This document shows, in pieces, positions 25,551-36,700 of a stretch of 64,000 nucleotides of DNA (the stretch's first letter is position 1; each line of letters starts with the position of its first letter). Origin of the DNA: Vicugna vicugna (Eukaryota); assembly GCA_013265495.1 (NCBI GenBank), contig MU061538.1, positions 248,001 to 312,000 of the forward strand, written 5' to 3'. Below the pieces are notes generated by a model. The model did no database searches. It saw only the letters and a program-made list of their open reading frames with translations, and was not told the DNA's origin. The position numbers and the translations under genes were made by a program.

Positions 25551-27731
25551 GCTCTGCCCTGCGAGCTCGCGCCTCTCCCCTGCTGCCCGTCCCTCTGCCC
25601 ATGGAGGGGCTCCTCCGGCGTCCCGGCACACTCCCTCGGGCAGGGCCGCTCCTGGTCCGTTTCAGAAGTGGCTCCGGGCGACTGACAGCAGAGCCAGAGC
25701 GCTCACAGCTGCTTCTCAGTGTTGCTCGGCCTGAAACGTGGCGGCAGCCATGTGGTTAGGACAGAAAGTGTGATGGGGTTTCAAGCTCTGCTCCTGGCCT
25801 CTGGGAGCTGCGATACCAGACACGGTGCAGGGCCGCCTGCTCCTCTGGGAACCCGATTCCAGGGGACTCGGCCACCTGCACGTTGCCTCCACACCATTTT
25901 CTCCCGGAGAGCAGAGTAACTGGGCCGTTCAGGCGTGAAAGGCTCGTGCTTTCTGTGACGCTGCGGACTCCTGCCCTTCACTGTCTGACCGGTTTTTGGC
26001 CGGCCGGAGCCTGGCCTTCCCTCGGGTCCTCAGGTGTGAAGAGGAGCCCACGGGGCAGGTGTACAGCCCCCGGGCCACGTTCCACACGCCCCGGCCCGTC
26101 CCCTGCCTCAGAAAGATGGGCTGTGGTCATGAGAGGGTGGCCGAGAGGGCCTCGGTTAGCCAGCAAGTTCATCTCTGTTTAACGAGTGGTTGATCACTGT
26201 CGTGGCACCTGAGAGTCACAGCGTGATGACACTGTGCCAGCTCCGAGGTGCCGACAGGGCAGGGTGTTGTGGATGCCGTGAGGCCGGGCTCAGCCACGGA
26301 GGGTCCCCACTGCACGGCCCTGGGGGCCCAGATTCCGTGTCCCTTCAGGCCCGGCCGGGATCTCTGCTCTTACCTCTTGCTGCCGCCTCGCAGGCCTCCT
26401 CCAGTGGTCCCTCCACTGGCGGGGCTGACGCAGGCTCGTTTCCACGGCGCCATCTGTCTTCCAGGAGCCGGCGGCTGGGGCTGCATGCCTCATCCTCGAG
26501 GCAGCGCAGATGCAGGGATGGGACTCCATTGTCCCAGCCGGGGTGCCATCAGCTGGCCCCAGGGCGAACCTGTGGTTCACGTGAGAGACTCACTCCAGAT
26601 GTGGGAACCAGACATGAGGCGAGGACCTCCCACAAAGTGTCATTGATGACAAACCAAAGTCTTTCTCATTTACGTGTGTTTGAGCAGCAAATCTGTCCTC
26701 TGGAAGAGGCCAAGGTGCCCTTTAGGTTCAGGGAACGTTGATAAAGTATACACTGCCCTGATGGTGGAGGCGAGGTTTCTTACTTTGAGGACTTTAAAAG
26801 CTTGCATTTTTTTCTGATGCAAACTACAGGCGTGCTTTTAAATTTTACAGTGTGAGGTCAGGGGGGCTCCGTCCCTGTGAAGGCTTGACTGACTGGGGCA
26901 CTGGGGAGCGTCTGTGGAAGAGCTGACTGGGAGGTGGGCAGGCACCTGCCTGTGAACACTCTGCAGGGGGCTTTATTTCAGACGTGACAGAGCTTCACCC
27001 TCCAGAGAAGTACATGCAGCAGCAGAGGCAGAAGTCGAGACGCCTGGAAGCTTCCAGAAGCACCGAGAACCCGGCATTTCTGAGAGATGCAGGAAGTGGG
27101 GGGGGGCACCCGTTTACCGGCTGAATGCGATGGGATTCTGTCCTAACCCTCACTGAGTGCTGTAGAGGTCGTGAGACAACCAGGCTCCCATCTCGGAAAT
27201 GGCTCACGTCGCAGGCTCGTGTGCTACTTGCCCCATGAGATAACAGCCTTTAGACTGGGTGGGCAGACACTGCACGTGGGTGTCTGGGCCTCTCAGTTTG
27301 GAAGTGGTTTTCACCCTCCTCCTCTTCTTTCTCCCCCTTACATCTCTCTCTTCCCCAGTTAAACTTGCTGGTTTTGTAGGGTTCTGGGCGGCCCGACAGG
27401 AGTAGACGGCAAAGCTCTATGAAGACGTCACTTTTACTTGAATTGAATTACAAACTGCAGGAACATTGGTGCAGACAGAGAATTTCTTTTAACACTGTAT
27501 TCAGCCTCCGATGGATTATCACAAACCAGAAGCAGTAAGGCAGGCAGCCCGCAGTGCTGACGACGCCCAGCGTCCGTCCCAGCTATCCTGGGCTGTGCTC
27601 CTGACACAGAACCCCGTTTCACTCAGCCTGGGAATCCCAGGTGTCAAGACACAAAGCAAACAGATAAACACCTGTTGTAAACCATTAGAAACTAACCAAA
27701 ATCTAGTTTATTCATTAAAACGAGGCGGGAA

Positions 27732-30700
27732 AATAGAATCGACAAAACTCTGGCAAAACTCACAAGGAAAAAAAAAACAAGAGAGAGCACAAATTAGCAA
27801 AATAATAAAGGCAAATGGAGAAATTACAACAAATAAAATAGAAATACAGAATATCATACGAGGATGTTACGAAAAACTATATGGAACCAAACTGGATAAC
27901 CTAGAGGAGATGGACAAGTTTCTGGAAACATACTGTCCACCAAGACTGAATCAAGAAGAAACTGACCACTTGAACAAACCGATCACTAGAAATGAAATTG
28001 AATTAGCAATAAAAAATCTCCCTACAAATAAAAGTCCAGGACCAGATGGCTTCACCAGGGAATTCTACCAAACATACAAAGAAGAACTCATACCAGTTCT
28101 CTTCTCAAACTCTTCCAGATGATTGAAAACGAGGGAATACTCCCAAACTCATGCTATGAAGCCACCATCACCCTGATACCAAAACCAGGCAAAGACACCA
28201 CCAAAAAAGAGAATTGTAGGCCAATATCACTAATGAACATAGACGCAAAAATCCTCACCAAAATATTAGCAAATAGAATCCAACAACACATAAAAAAGAT
28301 TATACATCATGACCAAGTGGGGTTCATCCCAGGAGCACAAGAGTGGTTCAAAATATGCAAATCAATCAATGTGATACATCACATCAACAAGAGAAATGAC
28401 AAAAAACCACATGATCATCTCAATACATACAGAAAAAGTATTTGATAAAATTCAACACCCATTTATGATAAAAACTCTTGCCAAAGTGGGTATAGAGGGA
28501 ACATATCTCAACATAATAAAAGCTATATGTGACAAACCTATAGCCAGCATAGTACTCAACAGTGAAAAACTCAAAAGCTTCCCACTAAAATCTGGGACAA
28601 GACAAGGATGCCCACTATCACCACTCCTATTCAACATAGTCTTGGAAATCCCAGCCACAGCAATCAGGCAAGAGAGAGAAATAAAAGGGATCCAAATTGG
28701 AAAAGAAGGGGTAAAAGTGTCACTATATGCCGACAACATGTTACTATGTATAGAAAACCCTAAAAGGTCCACACAATAACTACTAGAGCTGATTGAAGAA
28801 TTCAGCAAGGTAGCAGGTTACAAAATTAACGTTCAAAAATCAGTTGGATTTCTTTACACTAATGATGAATCAACAGAAAAAGAAAGTAAAGAAACAATCC
28901 CCTTTAAAATAGCACCGCACCTAAAGAAATATCTGGGAATAAATCTAACCAAGGAGGTGAAAGAATTATACACAGAAAACTATAAATCATTGATGAAGGA
29001 AATTAAAGAAGACTTAAAAAAATGGAAAGATATCCCATGCTCCTGGATTGGAAGAATCAATATTGTTAAAAATGGTCACACTGCACAAGGCAATCCACAG
29101 ATTTAATGCAATTCCTATCAAATTACCCAGGACGTATTTCACAGAACTAGAACAAATCATAATAAAATTTATATGGAACCATCAAAGACCTAGAATTGCC
29201 AAAGCATTACTGAAGAGAAGGAAAGGGGCTGGAGGAATAACTCTCCCAGACTTCAGACAATACTATAGAGCTACAGTCATCAAGACAGCATGGTATTGGT
29301 ACAAAAAGAGACATGTAGACCAATGGAACAGAACAGAGAGCCCAGAAATGAGCCCACAAACTTTTGGTCAACTCATCTTCGACAAAGGAGGCAAGAATAT
29401 ACAATGGAATAAAGACAGTCTCTTCAGCAAATGGTGTTGGGAAAACTGGACAGCAGCATGTAAATCAATGAAGCTAGAACACTCCCTTACACCATACACA
29501 AAAATCAACTCAAGATGGATCAAAGACTTAAACATAAGACAAGATACAATAAACCTCCTAGAGGAAAACATAGGCAAAACATTATCTGACATACATTTCA
29601 AAAATTTTCTCCTAGAAGAAATAAAAGCAAGAATAAACAAATGGGACCTAATGAAACTTATAAGCTTCTGCACAGCAAAGGAAACCAGAGGTAAAACAAA
29701 ACGACAACCTACAGAATGGGAGAAAATTTTTGCAAATGAAACCGACAAAGGCTTGATCTCCAGAATATATAAGCAGCTCATACGACTCAATAAGAAAAAA
29801 ATAAACAACCCAATCCAAAAATGGGCAGAAGACCTAAACAAGCAATTCGCCAAGGAAGACATACAAATGATCAAAAAACACATGAAAAAATGTTCAATAT
29901 CACTAATTATCAGAGAAATGCAAATCAAAACTACAATGAGGTATCACCTCACACCAGTCAGAATGTCCATCACTCAAAAATCCACAAATGACAAATGCTG
30001 GAGAGGCTGTGGAGAAAGGGGAACTTTCCTACATTGCTGGTGAGAATGCAGTTTGGTGTAGCCTCTGTGGAAAACAGTGTGGAGATTCCTCAAAAGACTA
30101 GGAATAGACTTACCATATGACCCAAGAATCCCACTCCTGGGCTTATATCCAGAAGGAACCCTTCTGGATGACACCTGCACCTCAATGTTCATAGCAGCAT
30201 TATTTACAATAGCCAAGATGTGGAAACAGCCTAAATGTCCATCAACAGGTGACTGGATGAAGAAGATATGGTAGATATACAATGGAATACTACTCAGCCA
30301 TAAAAACAGACAACATAACGCCATTTGCAGTAACATGGATGCACCTGGAGAATGTCATTCTAAGCGAAGTAAGCCAGAAAGAGAAAGAAAAATATCATAT
30401 GAGATCGCTCATATGTGGAATCTAAAAAACAAACAAACAAACAAAGCATAAATACAAAACAGAAACAGACTCATAGACATAGAATACAAACTGTGGTTTC
30501 CAAGGGGGCAGAGGATGGGAAGGGATAGACTGGGATTTCAAAATTGTAGAAAAGATAAACAAGATTATACTGTGTAGCACAGGGAAATATATACAAGATC
30601 TTACGGAGCTCACAGAGAATGTGACAATGAATATATGCATGTTCATGTATAACTGAAAAATTGTGCTCTACACTGGAATTTGACACAACATTGTAAAATG

Positions 30701-30733
30701 ATTATAAATCAATAAAAAATGTTAAAAGAAAAA
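27732..30733 (+). mobile_element. Young 5'-truncated LINE-1 (camelid-type): disrupted ORF2 (RT and C-terminal CCHC), 3' UTR, poly(A)
   Basis: ORF2 peptides [45 protein letters not shown] and [15 protein letters not shown]. Several frameshifts, with stops at 28777 and 30041. AATAAA at 30711, then an A-tail. TSD aaaacgaggCgggaa (27717-27731) / aaaacgaggTgggaa (30734-30748) at a TT|AAAA endonuclease site. Confidence 0.97.
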
Positions 30734-33700
30734 AAAACGAGGTGGGAAGTGGGTGGTCCTAGACCTTAGACTTAAAACAAAATAAAACAAAAATAACCAC
30801 ACTCCAGTAAATATCTTCATTACTTCCCGCCTCTGCAGATGTGTGTGGGTCTGCACGATGACTTTGTCGGTGGAATGCAGACAGCTAGACCTGTGCGGGA
30901 GAGCAGAGCAGGCCCGCAGGTGGGGTGGGCAGGTGTGCTTAGAGACCACAGATGGACGGACGGAGGGCCGGTCGGGGCAGCAGCCTGCTCGGGGGGCTGG
31001 AGTGAGATGCCCCTCCTCACGTTTTGTGCCCTTGAAAATGCAAACCCCCTTCTCCTGTTAGCAAACGTGAATTGTGTGGGGTCAGGGCATCTGAGGCCAC
31101 TTAAGCCTCAAGCAAACCAGCAGGATTTCTTCTGGTTTCACGTTACTGATTCAGAAGCCTGTGTGGGGGACGTCCTTGCCAGGAGCGTGGACTGGGGACA
31201 TGGGATTTTGGGACAGGGTTCCTGTGTCTTCTTCAGTGGGATGTGGTGGGACAGAGGCCCTAGCTCCAGGCATCCAGTCTCTCCGTGGCCCCCACCAGCC
31301 GCGTCAGGCCAGATGCTCACCATTGGCAGGAGCATCGTCGGAGAGGTGGGCGTAACAGTGCTTTGTGGGTGACGATGCCCGTCTGACCTCGAGGTCAGTG
31401 GTGACCCCGTTCTCCGTGGAAGGACGGTGGGCGTGCGTCCTTACTGAGGGGTCTGGGGGCCACTCCGGGGTCTGCGGTCTGCAGCTCCGGCCCACTTGGG
31501 GGTCTGAGCAGAGGGTGTGGGGACCGTGTGCAGACGGTGCTTTGAGGGCTGCTCTGTCCTGGTCCTCGATGGCACTGCTCCCGGCTGCCCCCACCACCCT
31601 CGGCCTCTCACTTCTCCAACTTTAACTGGAAGTTAAACGCTCTCTCAGAACACACTTCTGTTGTCCAGCGTTTGGGAAAATGTAAAAGCTGGTGACACGG
31701 TCCTTGGAAAGAAAGAGGGTTGTGACTTCTCTCTGGTTGAGCGAATGAAGTGGCTGGAGGATCCGGGGACAGGAAGGGTGGCGTCCTCACTCCCCAGTGC
31801 CGGCCGTGCCCCCTGCCCCTCCTGTGTCTCTTTCTATCAGGTCTTCTCTCTCAGCCGCTCTGCTTCTGCCCTTGGTCTCAGCGCCACAAGAGAGTCTTCA
31901 AAGAGCTGGTCTGAAAAACATCCCCAGAGAGGACCAATTAAATGTGTTAAAACGGCTTGTGGTGGAGACTGGAGTCTCCGGGTTCACGAGAGCATCTTGA
32001 ATCTCCAGGTGGAGGGGGGAAGGTGCGGGCCCCTTCCTGCCCCTCCTGGCTGGTGTCAGGACCCTGCGGGCCCGCAGGGGCCCCGTCCCATCCCGCGTGG
32101 CCTCCTCCCTGGCAGGCAGCGTGTCTGCCGCTGCCACTCGGCACCTTCCAGGAGAAAGTACACCTCCCTGAGCTCTGGCTCCTGGCTGAGCCCCTGAGTC
32201 GGGGAGACTGCGGATCTGGGGCCCGGGGACCCAGCTGGGAGCAGGGCTGGGTGGACGGTTACCAGGGCAGGAGCTCAGCTGCCCGCTGGCTGGCCATGTG
32301 CTGCCAGCAGGCTGCCGGGCCCTGGGCTCTGCCCGTCCATGTTGGGAGGTGGGCCTTACTGATCAGTGGTTGCTTTTCTGCGGTGGTATCTGACCTGGAG
32401 CCCCTCTTTCCTCGGGCGGTGACTTCCTGGAGGCAGGCAGCCTCTGCTCTTTCATCCGTGGGTCCCTGTGCTTCTGAAAGCACCCACGCACAGGCCGGAG
32501 GAGCAGGTGCGGCCGCCCAGGGAGGCTCTGGACCTGACACGCATCTCCCTCCAGACAAGACGCCCCCCGGGCGAAGGTTTAACCTTCCTCTCCTGTGGCT
32601 GAGCCTCTAGGGAAGGACATCTGTTCCTCCTCATGCAGGAGACTCCGGGAGGCGTGGCCCCGAGGAAGCACAGGGTGGTGGGGGGCGGGGAGGACGGGGG
32701 CACACGCTCCCCCAGTTCTGCCCTGGAGAGCGTGGCTGTCCTGCTGCCCCTCCCTCCTCAGCGCCCGGACTTAGGGCTCAAGTCTGAGGTGACGCCTTGG
32801 ACTGTGTCCTGTCCAGGGGCTTCTCAGGGGGCAGGACACGTGGGTGCTGTGGGGCCCTGACGCAGGAGTGGCAAAGTTGGGAGGGAGCAGGGGTGGCCAC
32901 TCGGCTGTGGAGACGGGACACCGGAAACAAGTGGCCCTGCAGGGCTGCACGGTGACCATCGCCGAATCCCCTGTGGGCCCGGGGCAGACGCGCCCTAGGC
33001 GTCAGGGAGGACCATCCCCTCCGCCAGGCCTCACGGGGCCCCACTCCATGAGGTCATCCTGCACCGTCACCCGCCCCCTCACTGACGTCAGGGTTTTCCA
33101 GATTCTCCTCCCAGAAGAGACGTGAGCTTGGATGGGAGGGCTGTGTCCGAGTTCAGGCCGGGGCGGGTCGGGCCTCCTGACCAGGCCTGTCCCTTGTGGT
33201 CTGTGGGGCTGGCCGCCGGCTCTGGCCAGGCTCCTGGCGCCTCGGTGTCGTCTGCGTGGGGACTTTGGACACTTCGCTGTGGTCAGTCCTGGGGCCCAGC
33301 TCACCCTGGGGAGAGGGACTTTCAGGGCTATGGGGTCAGGATGGGCGCTGGGGGAGCCAGGACGGAGCTGGCCCGGTTGGGGGAGGATGGGAGGACGATG
33401 AGGCGGAAAGGAGCCCCGGGAGAGAGGGAGAAGACAGGCTTGGTGGAGAAGGAGGTCGAGACCTGTTGGGCGGATACACCTGGGCGGACGGCGGGATCGG
33501 AGGCGGGTCTGGGGTTTCAAGGTGCCAGAAATGTTGACAAGCAAGATGGTGTTCTGGAGAATCCGGGTGAAGCTGAAAACCCGGACTCGCCCTTATCCCT
33601 GGCGTGGCCGAGGGTGACGAGGCAGCCACCCCTGGCCTCGCAGGGCCCACAGGCAGCCTTCTGTCCCCCAGAGACCCGGCCCCGAGTAGGGCCCTGGCCT

Positions 33701-36700
33701 GGCCAGGCAGTGGCAGAAGCAGCACCTTGCCTCTCACCAAAGAACAGAAATTACTCACAATTACAGGCAATTAGCTATTTTAAATTATTAATGGTGGTGA
33801 AAGAATGTGTCTATTCAACAAGTAATTTATCGTAATTTTTTGTAATTGAAAGTAATTTCTAGCAATTAAACCCTAATTTAGTGCATTTTCTGGGCGATGC
33901 CTTTATTCAGGGGGTGCCCCTGAGTTGTATTACTGAGTCTTTTTTCCAGGCACTTTGTTCAGGAAAATTTGCTGGGTAGGGTATTTGGGGGAGCAAATAG
34001 CCAAGCCTTGGAGAGAAGTGGGAACAAAGGGGTGGCCCCGGCCGAGTCACTGGCCGCGTTTGCAGGTGTGGGAAGACGTGCTCCTACCCGGCCTTCCCCA
34101 CCGAGTCGCCTCCTCCTGTCTGTCCAGTCACTGAGAGGAGGTACCCCCGGGCCAGCGTCCAGGGAGTGCTGTCCGCTCCCCGGGTGCCCCCTTGGGCCGC
34201 TGGGCCTGGGGACAGGCAGCGGCGGGACGTCAGTGCTGCTGCAAGGGCCCGGGCCTCCCTTTGCTTCTGAACTGAACTCCCACCCAGTGGGCGGGGAGTG
34301 GGGGCCTGGTGGGGGGCTCCGGCTGCGCCGGGGTGACCAGCTCATGGTGGGTTTGCACATGGAAGCAGCTGGGAGACGGGGCGCCTTTGTCAGCCTGAGG
34401 GGGAGTCTTATCCGCGATGAAGTCTCCTCCTGTGTCAGGAAGCAGATAAATATTCTGAGTAAACTCTTCAGGAATGAAATGACTTGGGTTCATCTGGGAA
34501 TGGGCTTTACTCCCTTGCAAATTAGTCATTTAACTACGCGTGACTTCTGCGTCCTGGCGGTAATTGAAACTTGAGTGTGGTTCCTGCCCTCCCGCATTTA
34601 TTCTCTGTTGGGAATGTGGGACCTGTGTGGCAGGGACCAGAGAGGAAAGACGCCTGTGATTACACACGGTTCTTTTTCCCAAGGAAACTCGGGGCCGGGG
34701 TGACTCCCCACACCCCGGGCAGCAGCCCCATCCGTTCACACGGTGCCCCTCGCAGTCCTGCCGCCCCTCCCTGGGCAGCTGCTGCCGTCCACGCTGTCCA
34801 CGCCGTCCACACCTCCCACATGCCCAGGCTTCCCTGCTCCGTCTTCCTCCGGTGGCTCAGGTCCCTTTGCCTAATCCGAGAGCCCCTCTCTGCCCTGCGG
34901 CCGGAGCTCCTCACGCCTAGGTGCTCAGCCCTGCAGAAGGTCACAGGAGGTCGCGTCTAGCTCAGCCGCAGGGCTCAACCTTTCTGTAACAAGTATTTAG
35001 TCACCCCCTTTACTACCCTGAAATAAAATGAATAGGATAGCGTCCCAGCACCCGAAACCTTGACCAAATAAATCCGGTGCTGTGGTGTAAAGGGGGGCAG
35101 ATGGGGAAGGCCGGGTGCGGGTGAACCACACAGGTGTGGCTCTGCATCCGTGCACGGCGGGGCAGGGTCTCAGCGTGGACCTGCTCCTCCTGCCGTGGGT
35201 CCAGCTGAGGCTGAGTGATGAGATGCCCTGGGGTACATGGCGAGCGGATGACTGGAACCACTTTCTGGAGGCTGCAGTCCTGCCCTGAGTTTCTGAAGGG
35301 CGACCAGGACCCCGAGGTGCACGTGGCTGTAGGTTTTTTTTGGGCACTCCCTCCTGGCAGCTCCGGGAACCCTGGGAGCTGAGGAGCACTGTGTCCCTTG
35401 TCCCTGGAAGGTTCCTCGCCCCTCCCCAGGCTGCCCAGTGGGTGGGGGGCCCAACACACACTTTTCTCCCGCCTGCCCCTCGCCTGCGGGCCTGATGCTG
35501 GAGACCCAGCTCCTGGCAGGCAGCCGAGGGCCATTCTGACGACCATGCTGGGGTGAGCAGGTGTTGAGGGACTCACGCCAGCAAGGGGGCCTCCGACCTG
35601 CAGAGAAGCTGTGGTCCTGCGTCCGCTCCCCTGGTCATTTGTCCAGGGAGCCCTGGGCTCTGGCCTTTGCATCTTGAGTCCACTTGGTCTTTCTGAGGGA
35701 AATCGCCAGCACGTCCTTGGGCAGAGCAGTCGGGCTGGAAGGAAGCGAAGGGCGCTCGGTTCCTTTTCTAAACTGACGTGACCGGAGAGCGAAGGGCCAG
35801 GTTCACGGCCGCTCTGTCCGCCGCGCCAGGGCGCCAGGGCACAGCGGAGTCCTTCTTTTTCTGGTCAGTTGGTGCCCGCTCAGTGCCCGGCAGCGGCCGG
35901 TCCACCACGGGCCGGTCCCGCGGGGCCGAGGGGACGCACCTTCTTTACTGCACGTGTCCTCTTGGTCCTAAATCGGGTTTGGGTCGAAGCATTTAAAACC
36001 TGCCCCTTCTCTTCCCTGCCAGTCGAGCAGGTTGGATCTTGAGTCACTGCTGGGAAGCGGCGTCCTGCCTTGTGTGTGCACTGCGAACGTGTTTGGGTTC
36101 ATCTATCACAGCAGTGTCGCCAGAGCCTACTACAGAGGAAACTAGTCCAGGAGGTTACAGCCAGTGATACTGCCGTGCCGTAACCGGAGCAGAAGCGTGG
36201 CGCTGGTGGCGGTGTGCAGTAAGCTTCTTGTGAACTGAAATTCATGAATTAACGCCGTGGCAGCACGTAATCTACTCCTTGAGACGGTAAAAATGTAATT
36301 TAAGAAACTAAGGAAAATTTCAGAGCCTCGAAGATTCTAGATGAATGGGACTAAGGAAACTAATAAAGATACTGAAATACATTTCCCCGCTAAAATAAAC
36401 GATGTCACATTGTTATGTTACTCGGTGAGATTAAGTGAACTGGCGGCTGCAGTGACGAGGGGGTGAGCGAGGTCTGTTCAGTGGGTGCCCGTGCATGTGG
36501 GTGGAGATGAGGGGGAAACGCAACCTGGTCCGCTCGGGAAAGCTCCTGGCTCCCAGGTGGGCCGCTCGGTCGGCGGGGAGCAGGCAGGGCAGAGGCGGGA
36601 GGAGGGGAGCGGGACATACGCGTCAGGGACAAGGCGTCCTCTGGAGCGGGCGCTCTCCTCCCCTCTGACTGTTGCCTGGTCTGGCCCGGGGAGGCTTTTT

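Noticed and set aside
27511..28122. 203-aa ORF fusing unique sequence to L1 ORF2
   Set aside because: Chance read-through across the L1 5' junction. It ends at a frameshift and has no promoter or splice support.
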